Source: a candidate division WOR-3 bacterium (lineage in GTDB: Bacteria > Hydrothermota > Hydrothermia > B15-G9 > WFZT01). From it: a stretch of 64,000 bases of DNA. The position numbers and the translations under genes are program-made. Below are positions 1-8,763 of this stretch, one piece after another (position 1 is the first letter of the stretch; every line of letters begins with the position of its first letter). The stretch spans positions 84,082-148,081 of the forward strand of contig JALUEE010000047.1 in the NCBI GenBank assembly GCA_027053075.1. Reading direction: 5' to 3'. The notes under the pieces are model-generated. The model was not told the DNA's origin. It ran no database searches and saw only the letters and a program-made list of their open reading frames with translations.

Positions 1-107
1 CAGCCTCCTATCCTCCCCCCACGCACTTCGTGCGTGGGGGGAGGAATAAGGTGGGGGGCAAATTTTTCATTGAAAATCAAAGGTTTTGAAATTTTTCGAA
101 CAGGCTC
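1..107. mobile_element. MITE/REP-like hairpin element, left end cut by window edge
   Basis: 16-bp perfect stem at 11-45 with TTC loop; right part (GGCAAATTTTTCATTGAAAATCAAAGGTTTTGAAATTTTTCGAACAGGCTC) nearly identical to 8481-8531. Confidence 0.75.
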
Positions 108-152
108 GTATCTTTATGGTCTTTTGCGTCGGATGGAATTAAAATTTTGGGT

Positions 153-629
153 ATGAAAAGAGAATATCCGGAAATGCCCATCGTATCTGTTGGAGGTCTC
201 GTTGTAATGGGTAACATGTTTCTTCTCACAAAAAGAGCGAAAGAACCGCTGAAAGATGTTTGGACTTTACCGGGTGGTGCCGTAGAGTTGGGTGAGAGAC
301 TTCCGGACGCTATAGTTCGTGAAATTAAAGAAGAGTGCCAGATTCAGGCACGGCCAATTGGAATTATTGAAGTGTTTGAGCAAATTTTTAGAGACGATAA
401 AGGGAGAGTCAAATTTCACTATGTAATTGTGGATTTCCTCCTCGAATACGAAAGTGGAATAGCAAAGGCCTCATCGGACACCGCCGAGCTAAAATGGCTC
501 ACATTGGAAGAGCTTGGAAAATATAATCCTCCGGCAAGGGCAGTCAGTGTAATAAAGCGTGGTCTTGAGGTTTATAAAAAGCTCAGGGCTCAACCTGAGG
601 CAATTTTACCGTTAATAAAAACCGACTGA
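153..629 (+). CDS. NUDIX hydrolase (ADP-ribose pyrophosphatase-like)
   Basis: Nudix box GGAVELGERLPDAIVREIKEECQI; ATG at 153 preferred over TTG at 147. Confidence 0.85.
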   Translation: MKREYPEMPIVSVGGLVVMGNMFLLTKRAKEPLKDVWTLPGGAVELGERLPDAIVREIKEECQIQARPIGIIEVFEQIFRDDKGRVKFHYVIVDFLLEYESGIAKASSDTAELKWLTLEELGKYNPPARAVSVIKRGLEVYKKLRAQPEAILPLIKTD

Positions 630-2026
630 ATTTTGAATTCTGGTGAGGCCCTATCAAGGACCACAAAGTCCGCAACATAGCCGTCTTTCAGCGCCCCCTT
701 AAGGTCCTCCTCAAAGGAAAAATAAGCACCGGCAGTTGTATAAAGACGCAGAGCCTCTTCAAAACTGATAGGATCAATGGGATGATAGAGAGCCCCTCTA
801 ATCCCGTACTGAGGTGACGGTGGCATGGCATCAGAGCCGAAGGCAACTTTTATGCCAAGTGACAACATTTTTTTAAATGGATTATTGAGCTTCCAGAGTC
901 TATCGCCGAGATACTCACGGTACATTCCATCCTCCCCTCCCCATCTTTCCACAAAATTAGGCTGGGATGATATCAAAATCCCCATGCTCTTTGCAAGTTT
1001 CAGGTCCACCTCTTCTGGAAACTCAAAATGCTCAATCCTGTGCCTTAAATAGTTCCCGCCTTCGAGGGCATTTTTAAAGGCTTCAAGAGATGTTCTTATT
1101 GCCCGGGTACCGATAGCATGAATAAGGAGCTGAATGCCATTTTCCTGAGCTCTTTTAATAAGATTCTCAAGTTCTTCTCGTGTCTTCAAAAGTTTTCCAC
1201 TGTGTTTCTCCCCTACGTAATTTTCGAAAAAGGCAGCAGTTTTCCCGCCAACCGAGCCATCTGTAAAAATTTTAACTCCACCTATTCGCAAGACCGTGTT
1301 GCCAAACCCACTTCGTATACCAAGCTTTATCAGGTTTTCAAGGTCATTTTCATAAAAGTTAAAATAGACACGAATCTTTAGGAGTCCTGCATCGTTGAGC
1401 TCTTCATAGGCGCGAAATGCCGTTACATTGCCAAACTCGTGAACTGAAGTAATCCCCAGGTCTATCATCTCCTCCTGGGCTGTGAGAATTGCAAGTTTAA
1501 TTTCCTCAAATTCTGGTGGAAAGTATTCGTTGATTTTCAGAGGAACTTCCTCAAGGAGCAGACCGGATTTTGAATCAACGCCCGGAGTTTTTCGGGGCAA
1601 AAGCTTTAGTGCGGCTGAGTTGGCAATCGCAATGTGGCCACATACTCGCCTCAAAATCACAGGGGTGTCACCGGTAACGTTATCCATATCTTTTTTTGTT
1701 ATAAATCTTTTCTCATCCCATGTGCTCTGGTCAAATTCTTCGAAAATAATTGGGGGCCTGTAGTTGCCACTTTTTACAACGGCTTCAATAAATTCAAGAG
1801 CGTCTTTAATGCTCTTCGTTTCCTTCAAGTTTGGCCTCGATATAAAAAGCCCATACTGCCATAGATGTGTGTGTGCATCAATAAATCCCGGGATCACCAC
1901 GTCGAATACTTTCGCATCACCAGGCAGGGTTTCACTTCTCTCCAGCAATCCGTGATTAATTGTGAAACCTACGTCATCAACAAATTTGCCGTCTATGAAT
2001 GCCTTTTTTGCAATAAAAGCTTTCAT
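590..2026 (-). CDS. Amidohydrolase family 3 (YtcJ-like) metal-dependent hydrolase
   Basis: PGFIDAHTH, KIFTDGS, HAIG, HRIEH, FGSD and ADFVVLD motifs. Confidence 0.88.
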   Translation of the reverse strand: MKAFIAKKAFIDGKFVDDVGFTINHGLLERSETLPGDAKVFDVVIPGFIDAHTHLWQYGLFISRPNLKETKSIKDALEFIEAVVKSGNYRPPIIFEEFDQSTWDEKRFITKKDMDNVTGDTPVILRRVCGHIAIANSAALKLLPRKTPGVDSKSGLLLEEVPLKINEYFPPEFEEIKLAILTAQEEMIDLGITSVHEFGNVTAFRAYEELNDAGLLKIRVYFNFYENDLENLIKLGIRSGFGNTVLRIGGVKIFTDGSVGGKTAAFFENYVGEKHSGKLLKTREELENLIKRAQENGIQLLIHAIGTRAIRTSLEAFKNALEGGNYLRHRIEHFEFPEEVDLKLAKSMGILISSQPNFVERWGGEDGMYREYLGDRLWKLNNPFKKMLSLGIKVAFGSDAMPPSPQYGIRGALYHPIDPISFEEALRLYTTAGAYFSFEEDLKGALKDGYVADFVVLDRASPEFKIQSVFINGKIASG

Positions 2027-2820
2027 CCTGAAAGGTAGTTTATGGGGTTAACTGGCTTTCCATTTTTCCAGATTTCATAGTGCAAATGGGGACCCGTGGA
2101 GAGGCCAGTATTTCCAACAAGTCCGATAAGATCACCTTTTTTCACGATGTCACCGGGTTTGACAAGCACCTTAGAAAGGTGGCCATAAACGGTTTTATAA
2201 ATGTCTCCATGTGAAATAACGACCATGTTGCCAAATCTTTTGCTGTAGGTGACTTTTACAACGATTCCATTTGCAGGCGAGATTATGGGAGTTCCGGTCT
2301 GGGCAGCTATGTCAACTCCTCTGTGAGAGGCCGTGAAGCCCCTCGTAATGTAGCCTTTTACAGGCATTCCATAAGGGGTGTAAACATTTGCCTTCTCAGC
2401 CTTAATAATTTCCTGCTCGACAGGATTTGTAGCCTTAACATCCACTGTATTGGCTTTTTGCGCCTTCTTTGAAGGTTTTGAGTTAATCTTTGCGGCCAGC
2501 TTTTCGATGTCAAAGGGCGGTGGCGCGTTTTGCACACCGAGCATGTTTTCCACCTTCTTCCGAAATTGTGACAATTCCTCCAGTTTTTTCTCGAGAACCA
2601 CTACCTTTTCATTCTCTTCCCTGAGCCTTTTGTTTTCATTAATTAAGGCGTGCAATCTCCGTTCGGTTTTGACATATCTGTAGTGAGTGTAAAAAGCGGC
2701 ACCAACAATGATGAGAATCACTATTCCGGTGACAATAAAAAGTTTCATCAACCATGAGGGAATAAAACGGTTGATGACCTTATTTTTGGACACAATTATT
2801 ATTTCGTAACCCTTTTTCAT
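2023..2820 (-). CDS. M23 family peptidoglycan metallopeptidase with N-terminal TM and coiled coil
   Basis: HRGVD, YGHL and STGPHLHYE motifs. Confidence 0.9.
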   Translation of the reverse strand: MKKGYEIIIVSKNKVINRFIPSWLMKLFIVTGIVILIIVGAAFYTHYRYVKTERRLHALINENKRLREENEKVVVLEKKLEELSQFRKKVENMLGVQNAPPPFDIEKLAAKINSKPSKKAQKANTVDVKATNPVEQEIIKAEKANVYTPYGMPVKGYITRGFTASHRGVDIAAQTGTPIISPANGIVVKVTYSKRFGNMVVISHGDIYKTVYGHLSKVLVKPGDIVKKGDLIGLVGNTGLSTGPHLHYEIWKNGKPVNPINYLSG

Positions 2821-2852
2821 TGCTTAAATGGTAATTTGGGCAGAGGGAACGT

Positions 2853-3788
2853 TCAAAGAATTTTCTTACGGTAGCCCCTTAGAAATTCCTCCGCCTTCAT
2901 AATTCTTTTCCCCTGAGGCTGTATCTCGAGTATTTCAACCATAAAATCGAGGGCCTCTACAAGCAGTCTACCCCCTGAGACGTGCATTTTGCCTGGCTCT
3001 CCCCCCTGCTCTTCTGCCACTTTTGCCCTGATGAGCTTCGCCATCAGAGGACCAAATTGATCCTTCGCACCGGGCCTGGTGGAGAGTGCATTTATCTTAC
3101 ACTTTACTTTTTCTGCTTTATCATCCCAGCTGATCCAGAGCTCTTCGCGCATAATCTTTTTCGCATAGCTTGGCTCGCCGGACTGGGGCACCGGTTTCAG
3201 CTCTCCACTCAATATCCGCGGTATACTTGAGAGAGTAAGATGAGCACCAACCCTGGCAAGTCTCTCCATAAGTTCCGTCTTAATCTCCGTATCTCCGATC
3301 TCGACTTTTTCCTGGGAGATGATGGGACCGGTATCAAGTCCCTCGTCCATTACCATCAAGCTTACTCCTGTTTCTTTCTGGCAATCCATCATGGCGCGCT
3401 CGATGGGTGCGGCACCGCGGTACCTGGGCAAAAGCGATGGATGGATGTTTAGCGGATATATATCAGGTAATTCAAGCAGTTTTTTTCTTAAAATTTTTCC
3501 ATAATCTGCGAGAATTATAAAATGAGGCATATATCTTCTGAGAGTGTCAATAAAAGCTTCGTCGTTGGGATTCTCTGGCTGGAAAACATCAATACCCGCA
3601 TCTCTGGCAATGATTTTAACTTCCGGGTCCTTTAATTTTCTTCCCCTACCCTTGGGTCGTGGTGGGAGCGTGACCACGGCCTTAAAAGGCAAGCCGTGTG
3701 ACAGAAGCTCCTTGAAAACGAGGGTTGCAAAGTCACCGGAGCCGAAAAAGATGAAGTTTAGCCCATGGAATGGCGCTGTTGACTCCAT
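2853..3788 (-). CDS. fmt: Methionyl-tRNA formyltransferase
   Basis: NIHPSLLPRYRGAAPI and GLDTG motifs; adjacent to def. Confidence 0.95.
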   Translation of the reverse strand: MESTAPFHGLNFIFFGSGDFATLVFKELLSHGLPFKAVVTLPPRPKGRGRKLKDPEVKIIARDAGIDVFQPENPNDEAFIDTLRRYMPHFIILADYGKILRKKLLELPDIYPLNIHPSLLPRYRGAAPIERAMMDCQKETGVSLMVMDEGLDTGPIISQEKVEIGDTEIKTELMERLARVGAHLTLSSIPRILSGELKPVPQSGEPSYAKKIMREELWISWDDKAEKVKCKINALSTRPGAKDQFGPLMAKLIRAKVAEEQGGEPGKMHVSGGRLLVEALDFMVEILEIQPQGKRIMKAEEFLRGYRKKIL

Positions 3789-4288
3789 TCTCTTAGAAGT
3801 TCTACCCGTTCCTCTGGCGGGAGATGATCAATGAAGAGTACACCATCAAGGTGGTCAAGCTCATGTTGAATAACTCTCGCAAAGAGCTCATCTGCCTCAA
3901 ATTCCCTTTCTACAAGCTTTTTTCGCCTCAGGATCAGGGTCTTCACAACAATTTTCCTGGGTCTCGTCACATTGGCATACAATCCAGGAATTGAAAGGCA
4001 CCCTTCTTCAAATTCACTCTCTCCATAGGTTTCGACAATCTGCGGGTTTATAAAAACCATGGGCTTTTTGGCAATTTCGAGGTATTCGGCATCCACCACA
4101 AATAAACGGATGGATTTTCCGACCTGAGGAGCGGCAAGGCCAATACCATTGGCCATCTTCATGGTAACTTCCATCTTCCTGGCCAGATTGATAATTTCAT
4201 CATTGAGGTCTTCGATGGGCCTGGCCTTTTCCCGAAGGACCTTATCTCCCAGGATTCTAATGGGTAAAACGTCTTTCTTCTCACTCAT
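3758..4288 (-). CDS. def: Peptide deformylase
   Basis: GIGLAAPQVG, EGCLS and QHELDHLDG motifs. Confidence 0.97.
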   Translation of the reverse strand: MSEKKDVLPIRILGDKVLREKARPIEDLNDEIINLARKMEVTMKMANGIGLAAPQVGKSIRLFVVDAEYLEIAKKPMVFINPQIVETYGESEFEEGCLSIPGLYANVTRPRKIVVKTLILRRKKLVEREFEADELFARVIQHELDHLDGVLFIDHLPPEERVELLREWSQQRHSMG

Positions 4289-4647
4289 TTCTTCTCATCA
4301 GCCTTCTTCTTTTCTTCGGTTTCAGGATTTAAAACACCTCTGATGGCTGACTTATCCACCTTTATCACAGTGTTTTGTGCTACTTTAAGGCTAACTACGT
4401 TGTTATCAATTTTTTGCACTGTTCCGATTATTCCGCCGCTGGTAATCACGCGATCGCCCTTTTTAAGGGCATTTAGCATAGCCTTCCTCTTTTTCTCCGC
4501 CCTCGACTGTGGATAAATGAGAAGAAGGTAAAAGATCACAAAAATGAAGATGAGTGGCAGAAGGGCCTTCATCAGGTCACCGCCACTCTGTTGTTGCTGC
4601 GCCATTAATGGAGCTGCCATTATAAAAATTAGACTTAGTTTTTTCAT
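4285..4647 (-). CDS. yajC: Preprotein translocase subunit YajC
   Basis: TM segment followed by LKKGDRVITSGGIIG. Confidence 0.92.
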   Translation of the reverse strand: MKKLSLIFIMAAPLMAQQQQSGGDLMKALLPLIFIFVIFYLLLIYPQSRAEKKRKAMLNALKKGDRVITSGGIIGTVQKIDNNVVSLKVAQNTVIKVDKSAIRGVLNPETEEKKKADEKK

Positions 4648-4661
4648 ATCTCCTCTCCTTT

Positions 4662-7451
4662 TTAAAATTCCTGTCCTATTGTTAAAGTCTGGAGCCAGCC
4701 TCCTGTAAAGCTCCTTAAATCTGTAGGTCTTGCAACATTGTACATCAACGTGCCTATACCGAGATTAAGCCTTATGCTGAAGCCGATATCGGCTTTAAGG
4801 TCGTTTAGTTTAAAGCCCCCCTCATCACTTGTGAAGGGCTGGAATTGCTTCGAATTCTGCCACGCAGCTCCAAAGTCCATAAACAGGGCTCCCCTGATCA
4901 TATCGAGCTCAATGGGCAGTGGAAATGACATTTTTAGCACATCTATAAAAGGCACTCTCAGCTCAAAGTTGGTGAGGAAAACGTGCGTTCCGTAAAAGCT
5001 ATAGTAATCGTACCCACGCAGTGTCCCGGGACCACCGAGATAAAAGTAAAGAGGATTCTTTCCAGAAGATGCTCCATAGACGACCCTCGTGGCGAAAGTT
5101 GACCTTCGGGTAATTCTCAAGTAATTTCTGAAGTCCAGAAAGGCAAGCTGGTAACCCTGAGTTTTGTGGTAAACATTATCGTATTCCAGATGATATCTGG
5201 TGCCTGAAAGTGGTCCAAGATAAGTGTATAGTGCGTTATCAAATGTAAAACCAAGATAAGCATTGAGTGGCCAGATAGTTCCCCAGTCAACAGGGTAATC
5301 GTAGGGATAAAGGTAGTGATAATAGTAGATTCTCTCCAATCCCAGCCCGGCCTCCAATCTTTTAAACTTGTCAAATGGATACTGAATCTCCCCCATCAAT
5401 CCATTTGTCTTGAAAATATAAAACTCCGAGTTTGAAATCACCGAATAGCTCCAGTACTGGTAAAAGGAGAGACCAAGGTCAGTTCTTTTTGGAAGATAGA
5501 GATAGTCAAGCTCAAAATCTGAGTTGGATATGTCTTTTGTAAGGTCTGAGTAGAAAATAAACCTGTTGTCCCCGAGCTCATCGGATATGGAAATGGCAAA
5601 CATACCGTTGAGGCCAAATCCTGTTGAATACTGAACAACACCGGTGACCCAGTCGGCGGTAAAATATACCTTGTAATTTTCCTCTTCAGCAGAGTTTACC
5701 GTGCTCAAATCTATTTTCTTAAACGGTACCTCGCTCAACGTAACAGATTCAAGAGAATCAAGAGGGTCTTTTAACACAAATATATCCCACCCGTTGTTCC
5801 ACAAAAGAGAGAAGGTGAGCTTGTCGTGTTTTTTGGACCAGTCTGGTGTTTTGATCCCGGTTATGTAATTTGTGACAAGCTGGGTCTGGCCGGTTTTCAA
5901 GTTGTACAAAACGAGGTTAAAGGAATTGTTATGATTGGCAACAAATGTTATTAGCGTATCATCCACAAATTGAGGAAAGGATATATTCCCATAGTAGGGC
6001 GTTAATTTAGAGATTTTCCCATCATGGTAAACGAAAACGGCATAACTGCCGTAGTAGAAGTTGGCGCTATCAGATATATTGTTTCTGTCAGATACAAAGA
6101 TTATTTCCTTCCCGTCGGGAGAGAAATCCGGGTCATGGTCGTCAAACCTATCGTCCATTAATTTCTCCATGCTATCGCTTGTGAGGTCATAAACGTAGAT
6201 GTCAGACTTGCCATCCATTAGCCCCGTAAAGACGAGTTTTTTACCATCCGGTGACCATCTGGGTTTATAAATGGCATCGAGTCCTGTTTTAATGGTTCTC
6301 TCTATCTTTTTGTTGTAGACATTCAGGATGTGGATGACATCGCCTTTTGTAGAACGGGCTGAAAATACAATTCTGGTGCCATCCGGTGAAAAATCGAGGC
6401 CCGGCTTCAGAAGATGAATGTTTTCGAGGGAAGGTGTCTTCTCAGCTGTGAGGAGTTTTCTAATCCTTTTACCGGTTGCGACTGAATAGAGGTAAATGCT
6501 CGAATAGCCTCCCCTATCAGACACCGCAGCAACCAGGCTCCCATCAGGAGAGATTGTAGAAGCGATGTTAAAATAGCTCCCCTCATCTTCGTGATGGGTG
6601 ATCTGCTTACCCCTCCAGGGAATTTCGATATTTTTCACGTCAGGGTAGTAAAGCTTCTTCAAATAGAGCATAAACTGCCGATCAAATTCCTTTAGTGGCA
6701 TATTAAAGGTCTTTTTAACCGCACTCTCGAGACTTCCATTGAATTTTATAGAGTGGAAGAACTGGCCTATCTTTTTCTGGCCAAACATATCATTTATAAA
6801 TCTGTAAATTGCCTGTCCTTCTTTGTAGTCAATATATCCGTACACATTGCTCAGTTTCTCGATGGTCAGAATTTTATCGTTAATCACAAGGTCTTTTATG
6901 TATATATCTGCTTCTTTATCCCATCCCTGAGAGAGGTATTCGGCCATGCCCTCCATTACCCATAAGGGTATGCGAAAGGATGAGGCTGTAGAAATAGGAC
7001 TTTTCATACCTTTAAAAAGAATGTTGTACTGAAAAACGTGCACAAGCTCGTGGGCGAGCACGTGACGAAAATCATCATAAGAGCCTGTAAATGGAACCAC
7101 AACTCGATTTTTAAAGACCTCGGTGAATCCTCCAACTCCTTCCTCAATCAAACTGAGAATTACATTGGTCTGCTCAAAATCGTTCTGACATCTGTAAATG
7201 ATGACAGGAGTTTTATCCTCTATATTGACTTTAAGGATGCCCTCGTATTTTTTGAAATATTCTTCGAGAACTGCTCCTGCAAACCGGGCGAGGTGCTCCT
7301 CTCCCTCGTAGTTGTAAATTTTAAAGTGCCTGGTTTCCAGCACCTTCCAGTGGAAATTCTTGTACTGTACTTTGTTTTTGCCAAAGTTATAGTATTGAGA
7401 GGAAAGGAAGCTGAAACTCAGTAAAAGAAGGGGGAAAAGTTTCTTTGACAT
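4662..7451 (-). CDS. Outer-membrane protein: zincin (peptidase MA-like) domain + PD40/TolB-like propeller + Omp85/BamA-type barrel
   Basis: Signal peptide; AHELVH...WVMEGMAEY; repeated SPDG motifs; LRGY and ELRVPF barrel motifs; terminal Phe. Confidence 0.8.
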   Translation of the reverse strand: MSKKLFPLLLLSFSFLSSQYYNFGKNKVQYKNFHWKVLETRHFKIYNYEGEEHLARFAGAVLEEYFKKYEGILKVNIEDKTPVIIYRCQNDFEQTNVILSLIEEGVGGFTEVFKNRVVVPFTGSYDDFRHVLAHELVHVFQYNILFKGMKSPISTASSFRIPLWVMEGMAEYLSQGWDKEADIYIKDLVINDKILTIEKLSNVYGYIDYKEGQAIYRFINDMFGQKKIGQFFHSIKFNGSLESAVKKTFNMPLKEFDRQFMLYLKKLYYPDVKNIEIPWRGKQITHHEDEGSYFNIASTISPDGSLVAAVSDRGGYSSIYLYSVATGKRIRKLLTAEKTPSLENIHLLKPGLDFSPDGTRIVFSARSTKGDVIHILNVYNKKIERTIKTGLDAIYKPRWSPDGKKLVFTGLMDGKSDIYVYDLTSDSMEKLMDDRFDDHDPDFSPDGKEIIFVSDRNNISDSANFYYGSYAVFVYHDGKISKLTPYYGNISFPQFVDDTLITFVANHNNSFNLVLYNLKTGQTQLVTNYITGIKTPDWSKKHDKLTFSLLWNNGWDIFVLKDPLDSLESVTLSEVPFKKIDLSTVNSAEEENYKVYFTADWVTGVVQYSTGFGLNGMFAISISDELGDNRFIFYSDLTKDISNSDFELDYLYLPKRTDLGLSFYQYWSYSVISNSEFYIFKTNGLMGEIQYPFDKFKRLEAGLGLERIYYYHYLYPYDYPVDWGTIWPLNAYLGFTFDNALYTYLGPLSGTRYHLEYDNVYHKTQGYQLAFLDFRNYLRITRRSTFATRVVYGASSGKNPLYFYLGGPGTLRGYDYYSFYGTHVFLTNFELRVPFIDVLKMSFPLPIELDMIRGALFMDFGAAWQNSKQFQPFTSDEGGFKLNDLKADIGFSIRLNLGIGTLMYNVARPTDLRSFTGGWLQTLTIGQEF

Positions 7452-7452
7452 A

Positions 7453-8361
7453 TTAATCGTACAGAGCAGTATCAGGGATTATGTATTTGATGGGGTTAAC
7501 GGGTCTGCCCATGACGCGAACTTCATAATGGAGGTGAGGGCCAGTTGAGCGGCCCGTATTCCCTACATAGCCTATGATCTGGCCTCTCCGGACAAACTGG
7601 CCCTGTCGCACGGCCGCACGGCTACAATGACCATACCTTGTGGTAACTCCATAACCGTGGTCAATCTCAATCATCAATCCGTAACCTCGAACCCATCTTA
7701 CGGTTTTAACAATGCCATCCGCAGGTGCCACAATTGGTGTGCCAACAGGGGCAGAAATATCTATTCCATCATGATGCTTGATCTTACCTGTGAAGGGGTC
7801 GCGTCTAAAACCAAATGGGGATGTTAGGATTCCACTTGTTGGATAAATAGAAGGGGTATGCTTTCTCAATCTCTCGTCTCGGGCAAGCTTGGTGTGAATA
7901 CGAGATAGGCTCTTCAGCTCAAAATCGGAATATTTGAGCATCCTGTTTAACTCGGTATCAATATTGAAAAGTTCTTTATCGAGTGTATCCTTTGGAATAT
8001 CAAGATTACCACCGATACCCATCTGTTTCTGGGCAGGTGGAATAAGAGGGAGTTCCGCCACGGTCCTGATCTTGTTGTCCCATTCGTAAATAGAATCAAT
8101 CCTGTGCTGGATCATGGCCACCTTTGTCTTCATGGCATTGAGTGCCTGCTTGAGCTTCGCATTCTCCGCCTCAAGCTTAACCTGTTTATGGTAATCTACC
8201 TCAAACTTTACGTATCTGTAAGTAGCATAGCTAACAGCACCAAACAACAGGACAAGACCTGCGAGAAATAGCTTGATTTTGGCTGTTGTAAACTTGATTT
8301 CACGTGGTAAAGAATGGGAATCCTGTGGTATGATTTTTATGTCGTATTTCACTCTTTTCAT
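7453..8361 (-). CDS. M23 family metallopeptidase
   Basis: RDPFTG, HDGID, RYGH and STGPHLHYE motifs. Confidence 0.92.
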   Translation of the reverse strand: MKRVKYDIKIIPQDSHSLPREIKFTTAKIKLFLAGLVLLFGAVSYATYRYVKFEVDYHKQVKLEAENAKLKQALNAMKTKVAMIQHRIDSIYEWDNKIRTVAELPLIPPAQKQMGIGGNLDIPKDTLDKELFNIDTELNRMLKYSDFELKSLSRIHTKLARDERLRKHTPSIYPTSGILTSPFGFRRDPFTGKIKHHDGIDISAPVGTPIVAPADGIVKTVRWVRGYGLMIEIDHGYGVTTRYGHCSRAAVRQGQFVRRGQIIGYVGNTGRSTGPHLHYEVRVMGRPVNPIKYIIPDTALYD

Positions 8362-8380
8362 GGCGGAAAACTCAACCTTT

Positions 8381-8409
8381 AATATAAATTCGCGAATTTA
8401 TAATGTCAA
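8381..8409 (-). promoter_or_regulatory. Sigma70-type promoter overlapped by a 20-bp perfect palindrome
   Basis: Minus strand TTGACA-N17-TATATT; TATAAATTCGCGAATTTATA at 8383-8402. Confidence 0.7.
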
Positions 8410-8418
8410 GCAACGATT

Positions 8419-8531
8419 GAGCTTATTCCCCCACCTTTTCCTCCCCCACTCACAAAGTGAGTGGGGGAGGAAAAGGTGGGGGCAAATTTTTCATTGAAAA
8501 TCAAAGGTTTTGAAATTTTTCGGACAGGCTC
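8419..8531. mobile_element. MITE-like element, 113 bp, with 10-bp flanking direct repeat
   Basis: Imperfect terminal IRs GAGCTTATTC / GGACAGGCTC; 26-bp perfect internal stem 8428-8482; AGCAACGATT at 8409-8418 and 8532-8541. Confidence 0.85.
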
Positions 8532-8763
8532 AGCAACGATTGGGGGTGAATGGAAATTGTTATCCACTTACTGGTCTCCTTCACCCACTTTGTGGGTATA
8601 GGACAAAACTTTCGAGAGGAATTTCCTTCAAAAGCCGACAATTTTTCTCAGCAATGAGTTAGAACCGAATGTGTCGAAAGGAAATACACATACCGTTTCC
8701 AAAAAGAGCAGTTCATCCATAATCATGTTGCTCTGACGGGGAATTTGGATAAAAATTAAATGC

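Noticed and set aside
8273..8497. 74-aa plus-strand ORF
   Set aside because: Antisense to the M23 gene and runs through its promoter and the MITE; no RBS or recognisable motif
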